Source: Thermohalobaculum sp. (GTDB taxonomy: Bacteria; Pseudomonadota; Alphaproteobacteria; Rhodobacterales; Rhodobacteraceae). From it: DNA of 64,000 bases. Each line of letters begins with the position of its first letter. Within the stretch, counting starts at the first letter, position 1. The notes below the pieces were generated by a model. It did no database searches and had not been told where the DNA came from. It saw only the letters and a program-made list of their open reading frames with translations. The translations under genes were made by a program, and so were the position numbers. The DNA lies in assembly GCA_035527255.1 (NCBI GenBank), contig DATLAW010000237.1, forward strand, positions 7,905-71,904, read 5' to 3'. Positions 10,725 to 20,572 of this stretch are shown here, piece by piece.

Positions 10725-11449
10725 TTGCCGTCGTCCAGCCGGGTGTGCAACGCCCGGAGATCGCGCTTCAGACCATGAATCGTTTGGTGCAGATCATCGA
10801 CTTCCGCTCGGGTCGGCAATCCTAGCATCTCGGCAATCCGCCCAATCCGCCCACGCAGAAATGCCGAGCAGTCGAGCCGGGTGCGGATCAGGTCGCGCTG
10901 GGCGGCAAGGAACTCGTCGGAACGCTGCGCCATTGCCAGCTCCGCGCTCGCCGCCCTCTGCCACCGGGTCTGGATCACCTCCCAGCCGGGGAGCCCGTCG
11001 CTGGTGGGGCCAGGTTGGCCGTAGTCTTGGGCCATTTCCTCGGTGAACCGCTTGAACGCCTTCAGCCATGCCGCACCTATCACGGTGCGATAGCGCTCCA
11101 GCGCTGTGGCGTAGGCGATCCATTGCCGTGAGGCGGTCAGCGCGTCGCGTTCCTCGCGCCAGAGATCGGTGCCGTCGGCGGCTCCAAACCAGCGCCAAAG
11201 ATCGCCGAAACCACTGCTCCCCGCCGCATCAAGCCAACCGACCGGATCAAACGGACCGCCCTGCGCCCCCGTGGAACTGGCCTCGGCATAGGTCTGGGCG
11301 AAACGGTTCCAGGCGGCAAAAAGGGCGGCGCATTTCTCCTTCAGCGACTCGGCTATCAGTGAATTCGAGGGATCAGCGGCGAAGAACGCCCGGCTGCTCG
11401 CCAGCCAGATTTGGAACAGATCTTGATCAGCCGTTCCGCGATCAGACAT
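10721..11449 (-). CDS. phaE: Putative PHA synthase partner subunit (PhaE-like)
   Basis: 242 aa, immediately upstream of phaC with an ATGA overlap (10721-10724). Trp/Phe-rich N-terminal half and a coiled C-terminus (RAEVDDLHQTIHGLKRDLRAL). The assignment rests mainly on position. Confidence 0.5.
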   Translation of the reverse strand: MSDRGTADQDLFQIWLASSRAFFAADPSNSLIAESLKEKCAALFAAWNRFAQTYAEASSTGAQGGPFDPVGWLDAAGSSGFGDLWRWFGAADGTDLWREERDALTASRQWIAYATALERYRTVIGAAWLKAFKRFTEEMAQDYGQPGPTSDGLPGWEVIQTRWQRAASAELAMAQRSDEFLAAQRDLIRTRLDCSAFLRGRIGRIAEMLGLPTRAEVDDLHQTIHGLKRDLRALHTRLDDGK

Positions 11450-11536
11450 AGACGCGCCCCTTCAACCCGAACCTCCGGGCGGGTCGAGCGTAGTGCGGAA
11501 ATTGGTCTAACGGAACCAAATCCTGCCCGGCCCAGG

Positions 11537-12076
11537 TCAGGCGCGCCCAGAACAGGGCATGATCTCGCCCAGCAGGGCGATCAATCGGTCGCTATCGATG
11601 CCTTCAGTCTGATCAACATAGAGCGGATGACTGGCCGCTTCGTCCCAGAGCCGGAGCAGAGGCCTTTGGTTGCCATCCTGGGGCAAAACATCCGCCTTGA
11701 GGTCGAGAGTGTCCTGGTAGGCAGGCAGCCGGTTGGCGAGGTAGCCGAACATCGGATCGATCTTGCTCTGATCGGCGTCGCTGTAGGTGTCAGAGTAACG
11801 CCTGAAACTCGTCTCGCTGAGCGAAGACCAGATGCCAATCCCGAAGCCGTCTGTCACTCCCCCGACAGGAATTAGCAGGAGGCAACGGATGAAGTAGCTG
11901 GGTTGCCCCGCGATCTCCATCGAGCACCTGTCGCTATCCTTGGCCAGAACCTTGAATTCAGGGTCACCGCCCGTTGCCCAATGATAGTGGATCGGCGCAT
12001 CGAAACAAAAGTCGGGGACGCCGCGTTTGCGCTCGCCACAGCAAGTGCAGGTCCATTCCCATTGCGATAAGTCCAT
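11537..12076 (-). CDS. DUF2199-like protein (N-terminal CxxC)
   Basis: 179 aa starting MDLSQWEWTCTCCGERK. Recalled resemblance to the DUF2199 family, not verified. Confidence 0.45.
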   Translation of the reverse strand: MDLSQWEWTCTCCGERKRGVPDFCFDAPIHYHWATGGDPEFKVLAKDSDRCSMEIAGQPSYFIRCLLLIPVGGVTDGFGIGIWSSLSETSFRRYSDTYSDADQSKIDPMFGYLANRLPAYQDTLDLKADVLPQDGNQRPLLRLWDEAASHPLYVDQTEGIDSDRLIALLGEIMPCSGRA

Positions 12077-12096
12077 CTCGATCTCCGCGCCGGATC

Positions 12097-13080
12097 TTAC
12101 AGCATCGATGGCAACACCTGGTCGGGCGGGCGGTGACCGTCGGCAAAGGTTTTGATGTTGATGATGACCTTCTCGCCCATCTCGGCCCGGCCCTCCTCGG
12201 TTGCCGAGCCCATATGCGGCAATAGCATAACATTTGGCAAACCCATCAGGCGCGGATTTACCGCCGGTGCATGCTCGAACACGTCGAGGCCGGCACCGGC
12301 GAGTTCGCCGCGCACCAGCATCCGGGTCAGGGCATTCTCATCGATTATTTCGCCGCGCGCGGTGTTGACGATGTAAGCGGCCGGTTTCATCAGCTTCAGC
12401 CGCCGGGCCGAGAGCAGATGGAATGTCGCCGGCGTGTGCGGACAATTGACGCTGAGGATATCGACGCGGGCGAGCATCTGGTCGAGGCTCTCCCAGTAAG
12501 TCGCGTCGAGTTCGGTCTCGATGTCCTCATGCAGACGGCGGCGGTTGTGGTAGTGGATCTGCAGCCCAAACGCCCGCGCCCGGCGCGCCACCGCCTGGCC
12601 GATCCGGCCCATGCCGAGGATACCGAGCCGCTTACCCCAGATGCGATGGCCCATGATCGCGGTCGGCGACCAGCCCTGCCAGTCGCCGGACTGGATCAGC
12701 CCCATGCCCTCCTTGATCCGGCGCGGCACGGCGAGGATCAGGGCCATGGTCATGTCGGCGGTGTCCTCGGTCAGGACGCCTGGGGTGTTGGAGACCAGGA
12801 TGCCGCGCCGCCGGGCGGTCTCGACGTCGATATGGTCGAACCCGGCGCCGTAATTGGCGATCAGCTTCAGCCGCTCGCCCGCCTGGGCCAGCAGCTTCTG
12901 GTCGATCCGGTCGGTGACCGTGGGCACCAGAACGTCCGCCGTGGCGATCGCCCGGCCGAGATCGGTCTGGGACATGGCGGTGTCGGTGTTGTTGAGCTGG
13001 ACCTCGAACAGTTCGCGCATCCGGGTCTCGACCGCCTCGGGCAGCTTGCGCGTGACGACGACAAGACGTTTGCGGGGCAT
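12097..13080 (-). CDS. D-2-hydroxyacid dehydrogenase (glyoxylate/hydroxypyruvate reductase-like)
   Basis: 327 aa. NAD-binding GILGMGRIGQAVARR and catalytic region NTARGEIID ... LLPHMGSAT. Confidence 0.85.
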   Translation of the reverse strand: MPRKRLVVVTRKLPEAVETRMRELFEVQLNNTDTAMSQTDLGRAIATADVLVPTVTDRIDQKLLAQAGERLKLIANYGAGFDHIDVETARRRGILVSNTPGVLTEDTADMTMALILAVPRRIKEGMGLIQSGDWQGWSPTAIMGHRIWGKRLGILGMGRIGQAVARRARAFGLQIHYHNRRRLHEDIETELDATYWESLDQMLARVDILSVNCPHTPATFHLLSARRLKLMKPAAYIVNTARGEIIDENALTRMLVRGELAGAGLDVFEHAPAVNPRLMGLPNVMLLPHMGSATEEGRAEMGEKVIINIKTFADGHRPPDQVLPSML

Positions 13081-13253
13081 GGGCAGAAATCCTTTTCGCT
13101 AGGGCCTGTCTCCGTGATAGAATCTCGCGAGCGGGGATTGAAGGGCAAATGTCCGATCCTCGGTAAAAATGATTGGGGCACATAAAGGACCGGAGCAATC
13201 CGGCGGGTCAGTGAACGCCTCCGGCAGCGGACGGCGATACAAGGCAGGGCGGA

Positions 13254-13799
13254 ATGTGGATATTCGCACGGGTTTCACCGGGCATCGCGACTTTGCATGT
13301 GGCTTTGGCGTTGGTCATCGCGTTGGCGGGGCCCGTTGGGGCGCGGGCGCAAACGGTCGTTGGGGACGCGGTTGGACCGGAAACCAATCTACCGATTCCA
13401 CGCTTTGTCTCGCTGCGAGGCGGTGAGGTGAATGTGCGCCGGGGGCCGGGGCTCGATTATCGCATCGACTGGGTGTTTCAGCGTCGCGGTCTGCCGGTGC
13501 GGGTTATCGACGAATATGGCAACTGGCGCCGGATCGCCGACTCGGACGATGCTGGGGGTTGGGTCTATCACGCCCTGCTGACAGCAAAGCGCATGGCACT
13601 AATAACCGCGCCCGAGGTACATTTCCGGGCCGAGCCCGAGGAAAGCGCCGCAGCCACGGCCAAGGCTGAACAGGGCGTGGTAACGCATCTGCTGCAATGC
13701 CAACCGGACTGGTGCCGGGTCGAAGCCGAGGGCACCGAAGGCTGGGTCCGCAAGACCGCGATTTGGGGTGTGGAGCCTGGCGAGGTGTTTGGGGATTGA
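13254..13799 (+). CDS. Secreted bacterial SH3-domain protein (DUF1058-like)
   Basis: Signal peptide followed by two SH3b-like segments (VNVRRGPGLDYRIDWVF ... GNWRRI ... GWV). Confidence 0.65.
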   Translation: MWIFARVSPGIATLHVALALVIALAGPVGARAQTVVGDAVGPETNLPIPRFVSLRGGEVNVRRGPGLDYRIDWVFQRRGLPVRVIDEYGNWRRIADSDDAGGWVYHALLTAKRMALITAPEVHFRAEPEESAAATAKAEQGVVTHLLQCQPDWCRVEAEGTEGWVRKTAIWGVEPGEVFGD

Positions 13800-13868
13800 G
13801 GGGATTTTCTGGTGCTTTGGCGGAAGCGCTGCATAGAATGTCATTTAACAAAAAGGACGGAGACGGCG

Positions 13869-14432
13869 ATGTCTATTATTCTCTACATCCTGCTGGCAGC
13901 GGTCGTTCTGATCCCGCTTTACGGGATCATCCTCTACAATGCGCTGGTAAGATCGCGGAACATGGTGGAGGAGGGCTGGAGCGGCATCGACGTGCAGCTC
14001 AAGCGCCGGGCCGACCTGATCCCCAATCTGCTCGAAACGGTCAAGGGATATGCGGCGCACGAGAAGGACGTTCTCGAGGAGGTGACACGCGCGCGGGCCG
14101 GGGCAGCCTCGGCGACCAGCGTGGGTGCGGCCCAACAGGCGGAGAATGTCCTTACGTCGGCCCTGCGCCAGCTATTTGCCGTCGCCGAGGCCTATCCGGA
14201 CCTCAAGGCCGATGGGAACTTCCAGCAGCTTCAGTCCCAGCTCGCCGAGGTCGAGGACGACGTCCAGAAGGCGCGGCGCTACTACAATGGCGCCGTGCGC
14301 CAGCTAAACACCTCGGTCGAGGTGTTTCCCAGCAACATCGTCGCCTCGCAGTTCAGGTTCGAGCAGGCGGATTACTTTGAGATCGAGGATCCGCATAGCC
14401 GCGAGGTGCCGAAGATCGACTTCGGATCGTGA
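13869..14432 (+). CDS. LemA family protein
   Basis: N-terminal TM helix, then YNALV ... EEGWSGIDVQLKRRADLIPNL ... AYPDLKA ... RRYYNG, which is typical LemA. The Met at 13869 is preferred over the ORF-track 13812. Confidence 0.85.
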   Translation: MSIILYILLAAVVLIPLYGIILYNALVRSRNMVEEGWSGIDVQLKRRADLIPNLLETVKGYAAHEKDVLEEVTRARAGAASATSVGAAQQAENVLTSALRQLFAVAEAYPDLKADGNFQQLQSQLAEVEDDVQKARRYYNGAVRQLNTSVEVFPSNIVASQFRFEQADYFEIEDPHSREVPKIDFGS

Positions 14433-16372
14433 CGATGCTGTTCCGGGCATGTGCGCTCGCCGCCCTGCTGGCCATGTGCGGGACCGCGCATGCGGAGGAG
14501 CAAATCCGGTCATTCGATGTCGAGATTGAGGTGCTGGAAGACGGCACCCTCGATGTGACCGAAAATATCACGGTTACGGTCGAGGGTCGCGAGATCAAGC
14601 GCGGCATCTACCGGGATCTCCCGATCGCGTACAAAGAGGAAGACGGGCGGAACGCGCTGGCGACGTTTGAGGTGCTGGAGGTGCTGCGCAACGGCGCGAC
14701 GGAGCGCTACCACCGGTCGAGCGAAGGCGCCTATGCGCGGGTCTATATGGGCCAGCGCGATGTCCTGCTGCCGGTGCCTGCGGAACAGCGCTACACGCTG
14801 CACTACCGGACCAGCGGGCAACTGCGCGCCCAGCAGGGTTATGACGAGCTATACTGGAACGTCACCGGCGACCGCTGGAAATTCCGCATCCAGACTGCCA
14901 GCGTCGCGATCCGCCTGCCCGATGGGACGGAGATTCTGCAACACGCCGCTTATACTGGGCCACGGGGCGCAACCGGGACAGATTTCGAAGTCGTGGCAGT
15001 AGCAGACGGGGTCTACCGGGCCAGAATCACCGCACCACTGGACCACCACGAGGGGTTTACCGTTGCGATCGGCTGGCCAAAGGGGGCGGTCAAAATCCCG
15101 CCGGTTCAATACGGTGTCCGGAGAGCGACCGGCGGATACACGGTCCCGATGACCCTTGGCGGGGTCAGGCTTGGCCCAATTGCCGCGGTATTGGGGACGA
15201 TGCTGGGGGCGCTGGCGCTCCTGCTCGGATGGCTTCGGGTCGGGCGCGACCCGGCTGGTGGGGCGATCTACCCGCGCTTCGAGCCTCCGGCGGGTCTGAG
15301 CCCGGCGGCGACGCGCTATTTGAAGAAGTTCGGCTTCGGTCCGAAGTGCCTGACGGCGGCGATCCTGAGCATGGCGGTCAAGGGCGCGTTGCGAATAGCC
15401 GAGCAGCCTTCCGCAAGCCTGTTCCGCGACAAGGAATATACGCTGGACCCGCTGGGGGCCAAAAAGCGAGGATTGACCACGGGCGAAAATGCGGCCTATT
15501 GGCAGCTTTTCCCCGGCAGCCAGCCGCTTACCCTGACTGCGAACGAAATCTGTGGCGCGCGCGTGGACAAAGCCAGGGCGGAGTTGAAGTCGAAGCTGTG
15601 GGACGAGCATTACGGCGCCTCGTTCCGGCGCAATACCGGCTATACCGTCGGCGGGATTGCTGCCGGGGTAATCATCTCCATCACGCTGATCCTCATCACC
15701 GAGCGTGGCAACATGATGGTGGCGGCGTATTGGGGCGCACCGGCGCTGTTATGCGCCCTGCTGACCTACGCCGCCGGGTTCCTGCTGGTTGAGTTCGGCG
15801 ATATGCGGCAGGGCGGGCGCCCGACGATCGGGAGGCTGGCGAAGGTCCTCGCGGCGTTGTTTTTTGTGGTGACGTTTGGCGGCAGCTTGTTATCTGAATT
15901 CAGCTTCGACGACATTCTCGCCTTCGCGGAACCATCCGTCGCCTATGCCGGAGCGGCCTTTGGCGTGGTGGCGATGCTGTTTCATTTCCTGATGGCAGCG
16001 CCATCGAAAGCGGGCCGCAAAATTCTGGACGAGATCGCCGGGTTCGAGATCTACCTGCGGACGGCGGAGGAAGACCGGCTCGACATTCTGAGCCCGCCAG
16101 AGCGCACGCCGGAGCTGTTCGAGCAGCTGCTCCCTTACGCGGTCGCGCTGGGGCTATCACACCAATGGGCAGCAAAATTCGCCGACGTGCTGGCCAAAGC
16201 CGCGCAACCTGTATGGTATTCCGGGTCGGGTCAGTTCGACATCGGCGGCTTTGAGCGCGGGTTCAGCCACGCCGTGTCATCGACGACGGCGCCGTCGCGC
16301 GGCTCCGGCGGCTCCGGTGGCGGCGGGTCCTCGGGCGGCGGTGGCGGCGGGGGTGGTGGTGGCGGCTGGTGA
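14429..16372 (+). CDS. DUF2207-domain membrane protein with Gly-rich tail
   Basis: 647 aa. GTGA overlap with lemA. Signal peptide, extracytoplasmic N-domain, several TM helices and a C-terminal GSGGSGGGGSSGGGGGGGGGGGW tail, as in LemA-associated DUF2207 proteins. Confidence 0.75.
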   Translation: MTMLFRACALAALLAMCGTAHAEEQIRSFDVEIEVLEDGTLDVTENITVTVEGREIKRGIYRDLPIAYKEEDGRNALATFEVLEVLRNGATERYHRSSEGAYARVYMGQRDVLLPVPAEQRYTLHYRTSGQLRAQQGYDELYWNVTGDRWKFRIQTASVAIRLPDGTEILQHAAYTGPRGATGTDFEVVAVADGVYRARITAPLDHHEGFTVAIGWPKGAVKIPPVQYGVRRATGGYTVPMTLGGVRLGPIAAVLGTMLGALALLLGWLRVGRDPAGGAIYPRFEPPAGLSPAATRYLKKFGFGPKCLTAAILSMAVKGALRIAEQPSASLFRDKEYTLDPLGAKKRGLTTGENAAYWQLFPGSQPLTLTANEICGARVDKARAELKSKLWDEHYGASFRRNTGYTVGGIAAGVIISITLILITERGNMMVAAYWGAPALLCALLTYAAGFLLVEFGDMRQGGRPTIGRLAKVLAALFFVVTFGGSLLSEFSFDDILAFAEPSVAYAGAAFGVVAMLFHFLMAAPSKAGRKILDEIAGFEIYLRTAEEDRLDILSPPERTPELFEQLLPYAVALGLSHQWAAKFADVLAKAAQPVWYSGSGQFDIGGFERGFSHAVSSTTAPSRGSGGSGGGGSSGGGGGGGGGGGW

Positions 16373-16380
16373 ACCCGGCC

Positions 16381-16806
16381 TCAGACCTTCCGCAGCCGGA
16401 TCACCACATCTACTTTGGCAATCTCGGCGCCTTCGGGCGGCTCGGGCAAATGCTCGAAGCGGACCGAGCCGTGCGGCGCGTCGCTGAGGCGGCCGTCGGC
16501 TTCCCAATAATAATGGGCGTGGTCGGTGACGTCGGTGTCGAAATACGAACGGGTGCCATCGACGGTTATCTCGTTCATCAACCCGGCCTCGGTGAAGCTA
16601 CGCAGTGTGTTGTAGACGGTCGCCATCGAGACTTTGGCACCCGAGTTGCGCGCGGCATCGAAGAGGCGCTCGGCAGTGACATGGCGGTTCTGGCCGTCGC
16701 CGATCAGCAGTTTTGCCAGCGCCATGCGTTGGCGCGTCGGACGCAAGCCGCCGGTCGCCAGCCAGCGGCCCGCGCGGAGGTCTTCGCTTTGCATGCGTTC
16801 GGTCAT
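16381..16806 (-). CDS. irr: Fur-family iron response regulator (Irr-like)
   Basis: 141 aa (MTERMQSEDL ... LRPTRQRMALAKLL ... MATVYNTLRSFTEAGL), with a Fur-family wHTH. Divergent from fabA, as in many alphaproteobacteria. The rest of the 434-aa track ORF is a shadow ORF over fabA. Confidence 0.8.
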   Translation of the reverse strand: MTERMQSEDLRAGRWLATGGLRPTRQRMALAKLLIGDGQNRHVTAERLFDAARNSGAKVSMATVYNTLRSFTEAGLMNEITVDGTRSYFDTDVTDHAHYYWEADGRLSDAPHGSVRFEHLPEPPEGAEIAKVDVVIRLRKV

Positions 16807-16980
16807 TTGACTCAGTCTCCCGCTCCGGAAAGCCATGGCGCCAATACATAAACCATTTTGTACCTGTTTCGCCAGTGGAAAGGTCCGAGACATAGGGCCA
16901 CGGGCGTTTCGAGCGGCTTGTTTGCCTCGATTTCGGATGATAGGGATCGAATTATGCACACGCGACAAGGGATCCGCGCA

Positions 16981-17484
16981 ATGAGCGACCGACCAAGCAG
17001 CTACGACTACGAGGCCCTTTTGGCCTGCGGCCGAGGCGAGCTGTTCGGTCCCGGCAACGCCCAGCTTCCGGCACCACCGATGCTGATGGCCGACCGGATC
17101 ACCTCGATCACGGCCGATGGCGGTCCCGCCGGCAAGGGCCAGGTCGTGGCGGAGATGGATATCCATCCGGATCTGTGGTTTTTCAAATGCCACTTCATCG
17201 GCGATCCGGTGATGCCGGGCTGTCTGGGGGTGGACGCGTTGTGGCAGCTGACCGGGTTTTTCCTCGGCTGGCTGGGAATGCCGGGGCGCGGCCGGGCCTT
17301 GGGGGTCGGCGAGGTCAAGTTCACCGACATGGTCACGCCCAGTGGCAAGCTGATCCGCTACACCGTCGATATGAAACGCATCATCGACCGCAGATTGAAA
17401 CTGGGTATCGCCGACGGCACCATGGAATTGGATGGCAAGGTAATCTATGTGACCAAGGACATGCGGGTGGGGCTGTTCAGCTAG
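16981..17484 (+). CDS. fabA: 3-hydroxydecanoyl-ACP dehydratase/isomerase
   Basis: 167 aa from the Met at 16981. Contains [27 protein letters not shown], the FabA active-site region. Confidence 0.9.
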   Translation: MSDRPSSYDYEALLACGRGELFGPGNAQLPAPPMLMADRITSITADGGPAGKGQVVAEMDIHPDLWFFKCHFIGDPVMPGCLGVDALWQLTGFFLGWLGMPGRGRALGVGEVKFTDMVTPSGKLIRYTVDMKRIIDRRLKLGIADGTMELDGKVIYVTKDMRVGLFS

Positions 17485-17532
17485 GCCGCCTTGACCCAGG
17501 GTGCCTGAACACGGCACCACCAGAATGGAGAC

Positions 17533-18762
17533 ATGCAGATGCGCCGTGTGGTGATAACCGGAATTGGAATTGTCTCGTCTATCGGCTCCGATGTGCAGGA
17601 GGTCAATGCCGCGCTGCGCGAGGGCCGGTCTGGCATTGTCTTTGCGCCGGAATACGCCGAGCGCGGGTTCAAGTGCCAGGTGCATGGCATGCCGACCGCC
17701 GACATTGTCGGCCAGGTCGACAAGCGCGTGCGCCGCTTCATGGGCGATGGCGCTGCCTGGAACTATATCGCCATGAACCAGGCGATCACCGACGCCGGAC
17801 TGACCGAAAACGAGGTCTCGAACGAGCGCACCGGGCTGATCATGGGCTCCGGTGGACCCTCGACCCGCAGCCTGTTCGAGGCAAACACTTCAGTTGTCGA
17901 GAAGGGCACGACACGCCGGATCGGACCCTTCGCGGTGCCGAAGGTGATGTCGTCAACCAACTCGGCAACGCTGGCGACGCCGTTCAAGATCAAAGGCGTG
18001 AACTATTCGATCACCTCGGCTTGCTCGACCTCGGCCCATTGCATCGGCAACGGTGTCGAGCAGATCCAATGGGGCAAGCAGGATATCGTTTTCGCCGGTG
18101 GCGGCGAGGAGCTGGACTGGACCCTGTCGTGCCTGTTTGACGCGATGGGCGCGATGTCGAGCAAATACAACGACACGCCGCAGCGCGCCAGCCGGGCCTA
18201 CGACCAGGATCGCGACGGTTTCGTGATTGCGGGCGGCGGCGGGGTGGTGGTGCTGGAGGAGTTGGAGCGGGCCAAGACACGTGGCGCGAAAATATATGCC
18301 GAGGTCACCGGCTACGGCGCGACCTCGGACGGCTTCGACATGGTGGCGCCATCGGGTGAGGGTGCTGTGCGTTGCATGCGCCAGGCGATTGCGACCATCG
18401 GCGAGCGCAAGGTTGGCTACATCAACACCCATGGCACCTCGACCCCGGTCGGCGACCAGAAAGAGGTCGGCGCGATCCGCGAGGTGTTCGGCGCCGAGCA
18501 GCCGAAGTTCAGCTCGACCAAGTCGCTGACCGGCCACAGCCTGGGCGCGACTGGCGTGCAGGAGGCGATCTATTGTTTGCTGATGTTGCAGGGCGACTAC
18601 ATCGCCGCCAGCGCCAATGTCGAGAACCTGGACCCCGAGTTCGTCGGCGCGCCGATCGTGACCAGCCGGCTGGACAATGCCGGGCTCGACACCGTGATTT
18701 CGAACAGCTTCGGTTTTGGTGGCACAAACTGCACTCTGGCGATGAGCCGATACCATGGATAA
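17533..18762 (+). CDS. fabB: Beta-ketoacyl-ACP synthase I
   Basis: 409 aa. Active-site [21 protein letters not shown] and [12 protein letters not shown], directly downstream of fabA. Confidence 0.9.
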   Translation: MQMRRVVITGIGIVSSIGSDVQEVNAALREGRSGIVFAPEYAERGFKCQVHGMPTADIVGQVDKRVRRFMGDGAAWNYIAMNQAITDAGLTENEVSNERTGLIMGSGGPSTRSLFEANTSVVEKGTTRRIGPFAVPKVMSSTNSATLATPFKIKGVNYSITSACSTSAHCIGNGVEQIQWGKQDIVFAGGGEELDWTLSCLFDAMGAMSSKYNDTPQRASRAYDQDRDGFVIAGGGGVVVLEELERAKTRGAKIYAEVTGYGATSDGFDMVAPSGEGAVRCMRQAIATIGERKVGYINTHGTSTPVGDQKEVGAIREVFGAEQPKFSSTKSLTGHSLGATGVQEAIYCLLMLQGDYIAASANVENLDPEFVGAPIVTSRLDNAGLDTVISNSFGFGGTNCTLAMSRYHG

Positions 18763-18799
18763 GGCGGCAACGATGACCGGTACCGTTCAGGGCGCGATC

Positions 18800-19576
18800 A
18801 TGAAGGGCAAGCGCGGCCTGATCATGGGGGTCGCCAACGACCACTCGATCGCCTGGGGCGTGGCGGCGGCACTGGCGGCGCAGGGCGCCGAGTTGGCCTT
18901 CACCTATCAGGGCGAAGCCTTCGAGCGCCGGGTCCGTCCATTGGCCGAGAGCGTGGGTGCGGCGCATGTCATGGATGCGGATGTCCAGGACACTGAAAGC
19001 CTGGACGCGGTTTTCAACCAGTTGAAGAGCGCCTGGGGAACCATGGACTTCCTGGTCCACGCCATCGCCTATTCCGACAAGTCCGAGCTGACCGGTCACT
19101 ATGCCAACACCACCCGGGCCAACTTCCTGAACACGATGGATATCTCGTGCTATTCCTTTGTTGATGTAACGCGCCGGGCAGCCGCGTTGATGCCCGATGG
19201 CGGCTCGGTGGTGACGATGACTTTTCTGGGGTCGCAACGGGTGATGCCGCATTACAACGTGATGGGGGTCGCCAAGGCGGCGCTCGAGGCCAGTATGCGC
19301 TATCTGGCCAACGACCTGGGGCCGCAGGGCGTACGGGTGAACGCGATCAGCCCCGGGCCAATGCGAACCCTGGCTGGCTCGGCCATCGGCGGCGCCCGCA
19401 AGGTATTCAAGGAATACGAAGAGAACACCCCGCTGCGGCGCAATGCGGCGCTGGAGCATGTCGGCGGTGCGGCGGTCTATTTGCTGTCGAACCTCGGCGC
19501 CTCGACCACCGGCGACGTGATCTTCGTCGATGGCGGTTTCCATGCTACGGGGATGGCTCAGCCGGAGAATTTGTGA
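18800..19576 (+). CDS. fabI: Enoyl-ACP reductase (NADH)
   Basis: MKGKRGLIMGVANDHSIAWG ... YNVMGVAKAALEAS ... VNAISPGP. Alternative upstream starts at 18755 and 18773. Confidence 0.9.
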   Translation: MKGKRGLIMGVANDHSIAWGVAAALAAQGAELAFTYQGEAFERRVRPLAESVGAAHVMDADVQDTESLDAVFNQLKSAWGTMDFLVHAIAYSDKSELTGHYANTTRANFLNTMDISCYSFVDVTRRAAALMPDGGSVVTMTFLGSQRVMPHYNVMGVAKAALEASMRYLANDLGPQGVRVNAISPGPMRTLAGSAIGGARKVFKEYEENTPLRRNAALEHVGGAAVYLLSNLGASTTGDVIFVDGGFHATGMAQPENL

Positions 19577-20406
19577 GTTCGGGAGCGACGGGCCTAGCGA
19601 TGCTCGGCGATAGCCCGATGGTTGCCATTGGCCTGGCTTCGGCGGGGTTCGCCCTGACCTGGCTGACCGGGCGCGGTGGTTTCCTTGGCGACAAGGGTTC
19701 GTTTTCCGTCAGTTGGTCGCCTAAAGCCATCCTGCTGGCGGTTGTCAGCATTGGTGCCGCGGTTGCGTTCTACGAGGTCTCAGGCGGTATCGCCATCATC
19801 GTCGCGATCATGTGGCACGAGTGGGGTCATGTGATCGCTTTTCGGGTCGCCGGACACCGCGATGCGCGCTTTCGGTTGATTCCGCTGCTCGGTGGGGTGG
19901 CCATCTCGGACAAGCGCCCCAAGGATCATGCCACCTCGTGCTTTATCACCCTGATGGGGCCGGGCTTCAGCGTCAGCCTGGTGGTGATCCTGGTGCTGGC
20001 GGAAGCGGCGCTGCGCGATGCGGGATCGCCGCTGGCGCGCGACTTCGGCTGGGCAGCTAAATTGACCGGCGCGATCAACGCCTTTAACATGCTGCCGCTA
20101 TGGCCGCTGGACGGAGGCCGGGCGCTTCGCTCGATCACCGTCACCGCCGCGCCCAAATTGGCGGGCATGCTGACCACGATCATGAGCGCAGCGCTGGCCG
20201 GATTCGCAATCTTCAATCAGATGTGGTTTCTGCTGATGTTTGCGGTCATGGGTTATCAATATGCGCAGCGGGCGGCGACGACCGACTTGCATCTGCGCCC
20301 GATGCCTCAGCGCCAAGCCATACTCGCATCGGTCGGTTATCTGGCGATCTTCGGCGCCAATCTGCTCGTCGGGTGGCCAATCTTCCGTCATTTCCTTCGC
20401 TTCTGA
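19573..20406 (+). CDS. Site-2 protease family membrane metalloprotease
   Basis: GTGA overlap with the fabI stop. HEWGH (HExxH) plus NAFNMLPLWPLDGG motifs in a polytopic membrane protein. Confidence 0.7.
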   Translation: MSSGATGLAMLGDSPMVAIGLASAGFALTWLTGRGGFLGDKGSFSVSWSPKAILLAVVSIGAAVAFYEVSGGIAIIVAIMWHEWGHVIAFRVAGHRDARFRLIPLLGGVAISDKRPKDHATSCFITLMGPGFSVSLVVILVLAEAALRDAGSPLARDFGWAAKLTGAINAFNMLPLWPLDGGRALRSITVTAAPKLAGMLTTIMSAALAGFAIFNQMWFLLMFAVMGYQYAQRAATTDLHLRPMPQRQAILASVGYLAIFGANLLVGWPIFRHFLRF

Positions 20407-20466
20407 GCGAGGGCGAGTTTTTCAAAGCCGGAAAGCGCGATTCAAAACGACTGCAACGCACATTGG

Positions 20467-20572
20467 CTAGAGCGCTTTCCGACCTGATTGCATCAGGTCA
20501 CGCGCTCTAAGACATTGGCTGGTCGCATTTTCCGAGTCAGCGGATGATTTCATCCGCTTCGAAAATGCTCTA
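20467..20572 (+). repeat. 106-bp double-hairpin intergenic element, copy 1
   Basis: 100/106 identical to 33985-34090 by hand alignment. Hairpin 1 is TAGAGCGC..GACCTGAT-tgc-ATCAGGTC..GCGCTCTA. Hairpin 2 is CATTTTC..GCGGATGA-ttt-CATCCGC..GAAAATG. Confidence 0.85.

Noticed and set aside
16300-16372. GGC/GGT-rich low-complexity DNA at the end of the DUF2207 gene.
   Set aside because: It encodes the Gly-rich tail that is common in this protein family and is not an independent element.
13869-16372. LemA plus DUF2207 gene pair as a candidate novel system.
   Set aside because: This is a widespread, already catalogued conserved pair, although its function is unknown. Nothing here is atypical apart from the usual GTGA coupling.
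16807-16980. Search for an Irr iron-control element (TTTAGAA-N3-TTCTAAA-like) in the irr-fabA divergent region.
   Set aside because: No such palindrome, or a convincing variant, was seen by eye.
16807-17685. N-terminal 290 codons of the 434-aa minus-strand ORF that ends as irr.
   Set aside because: Only the last 141 codons look like a Fur/Irr protein. The upstream part lies antisense to fabA and fabB and has no coding-like features.
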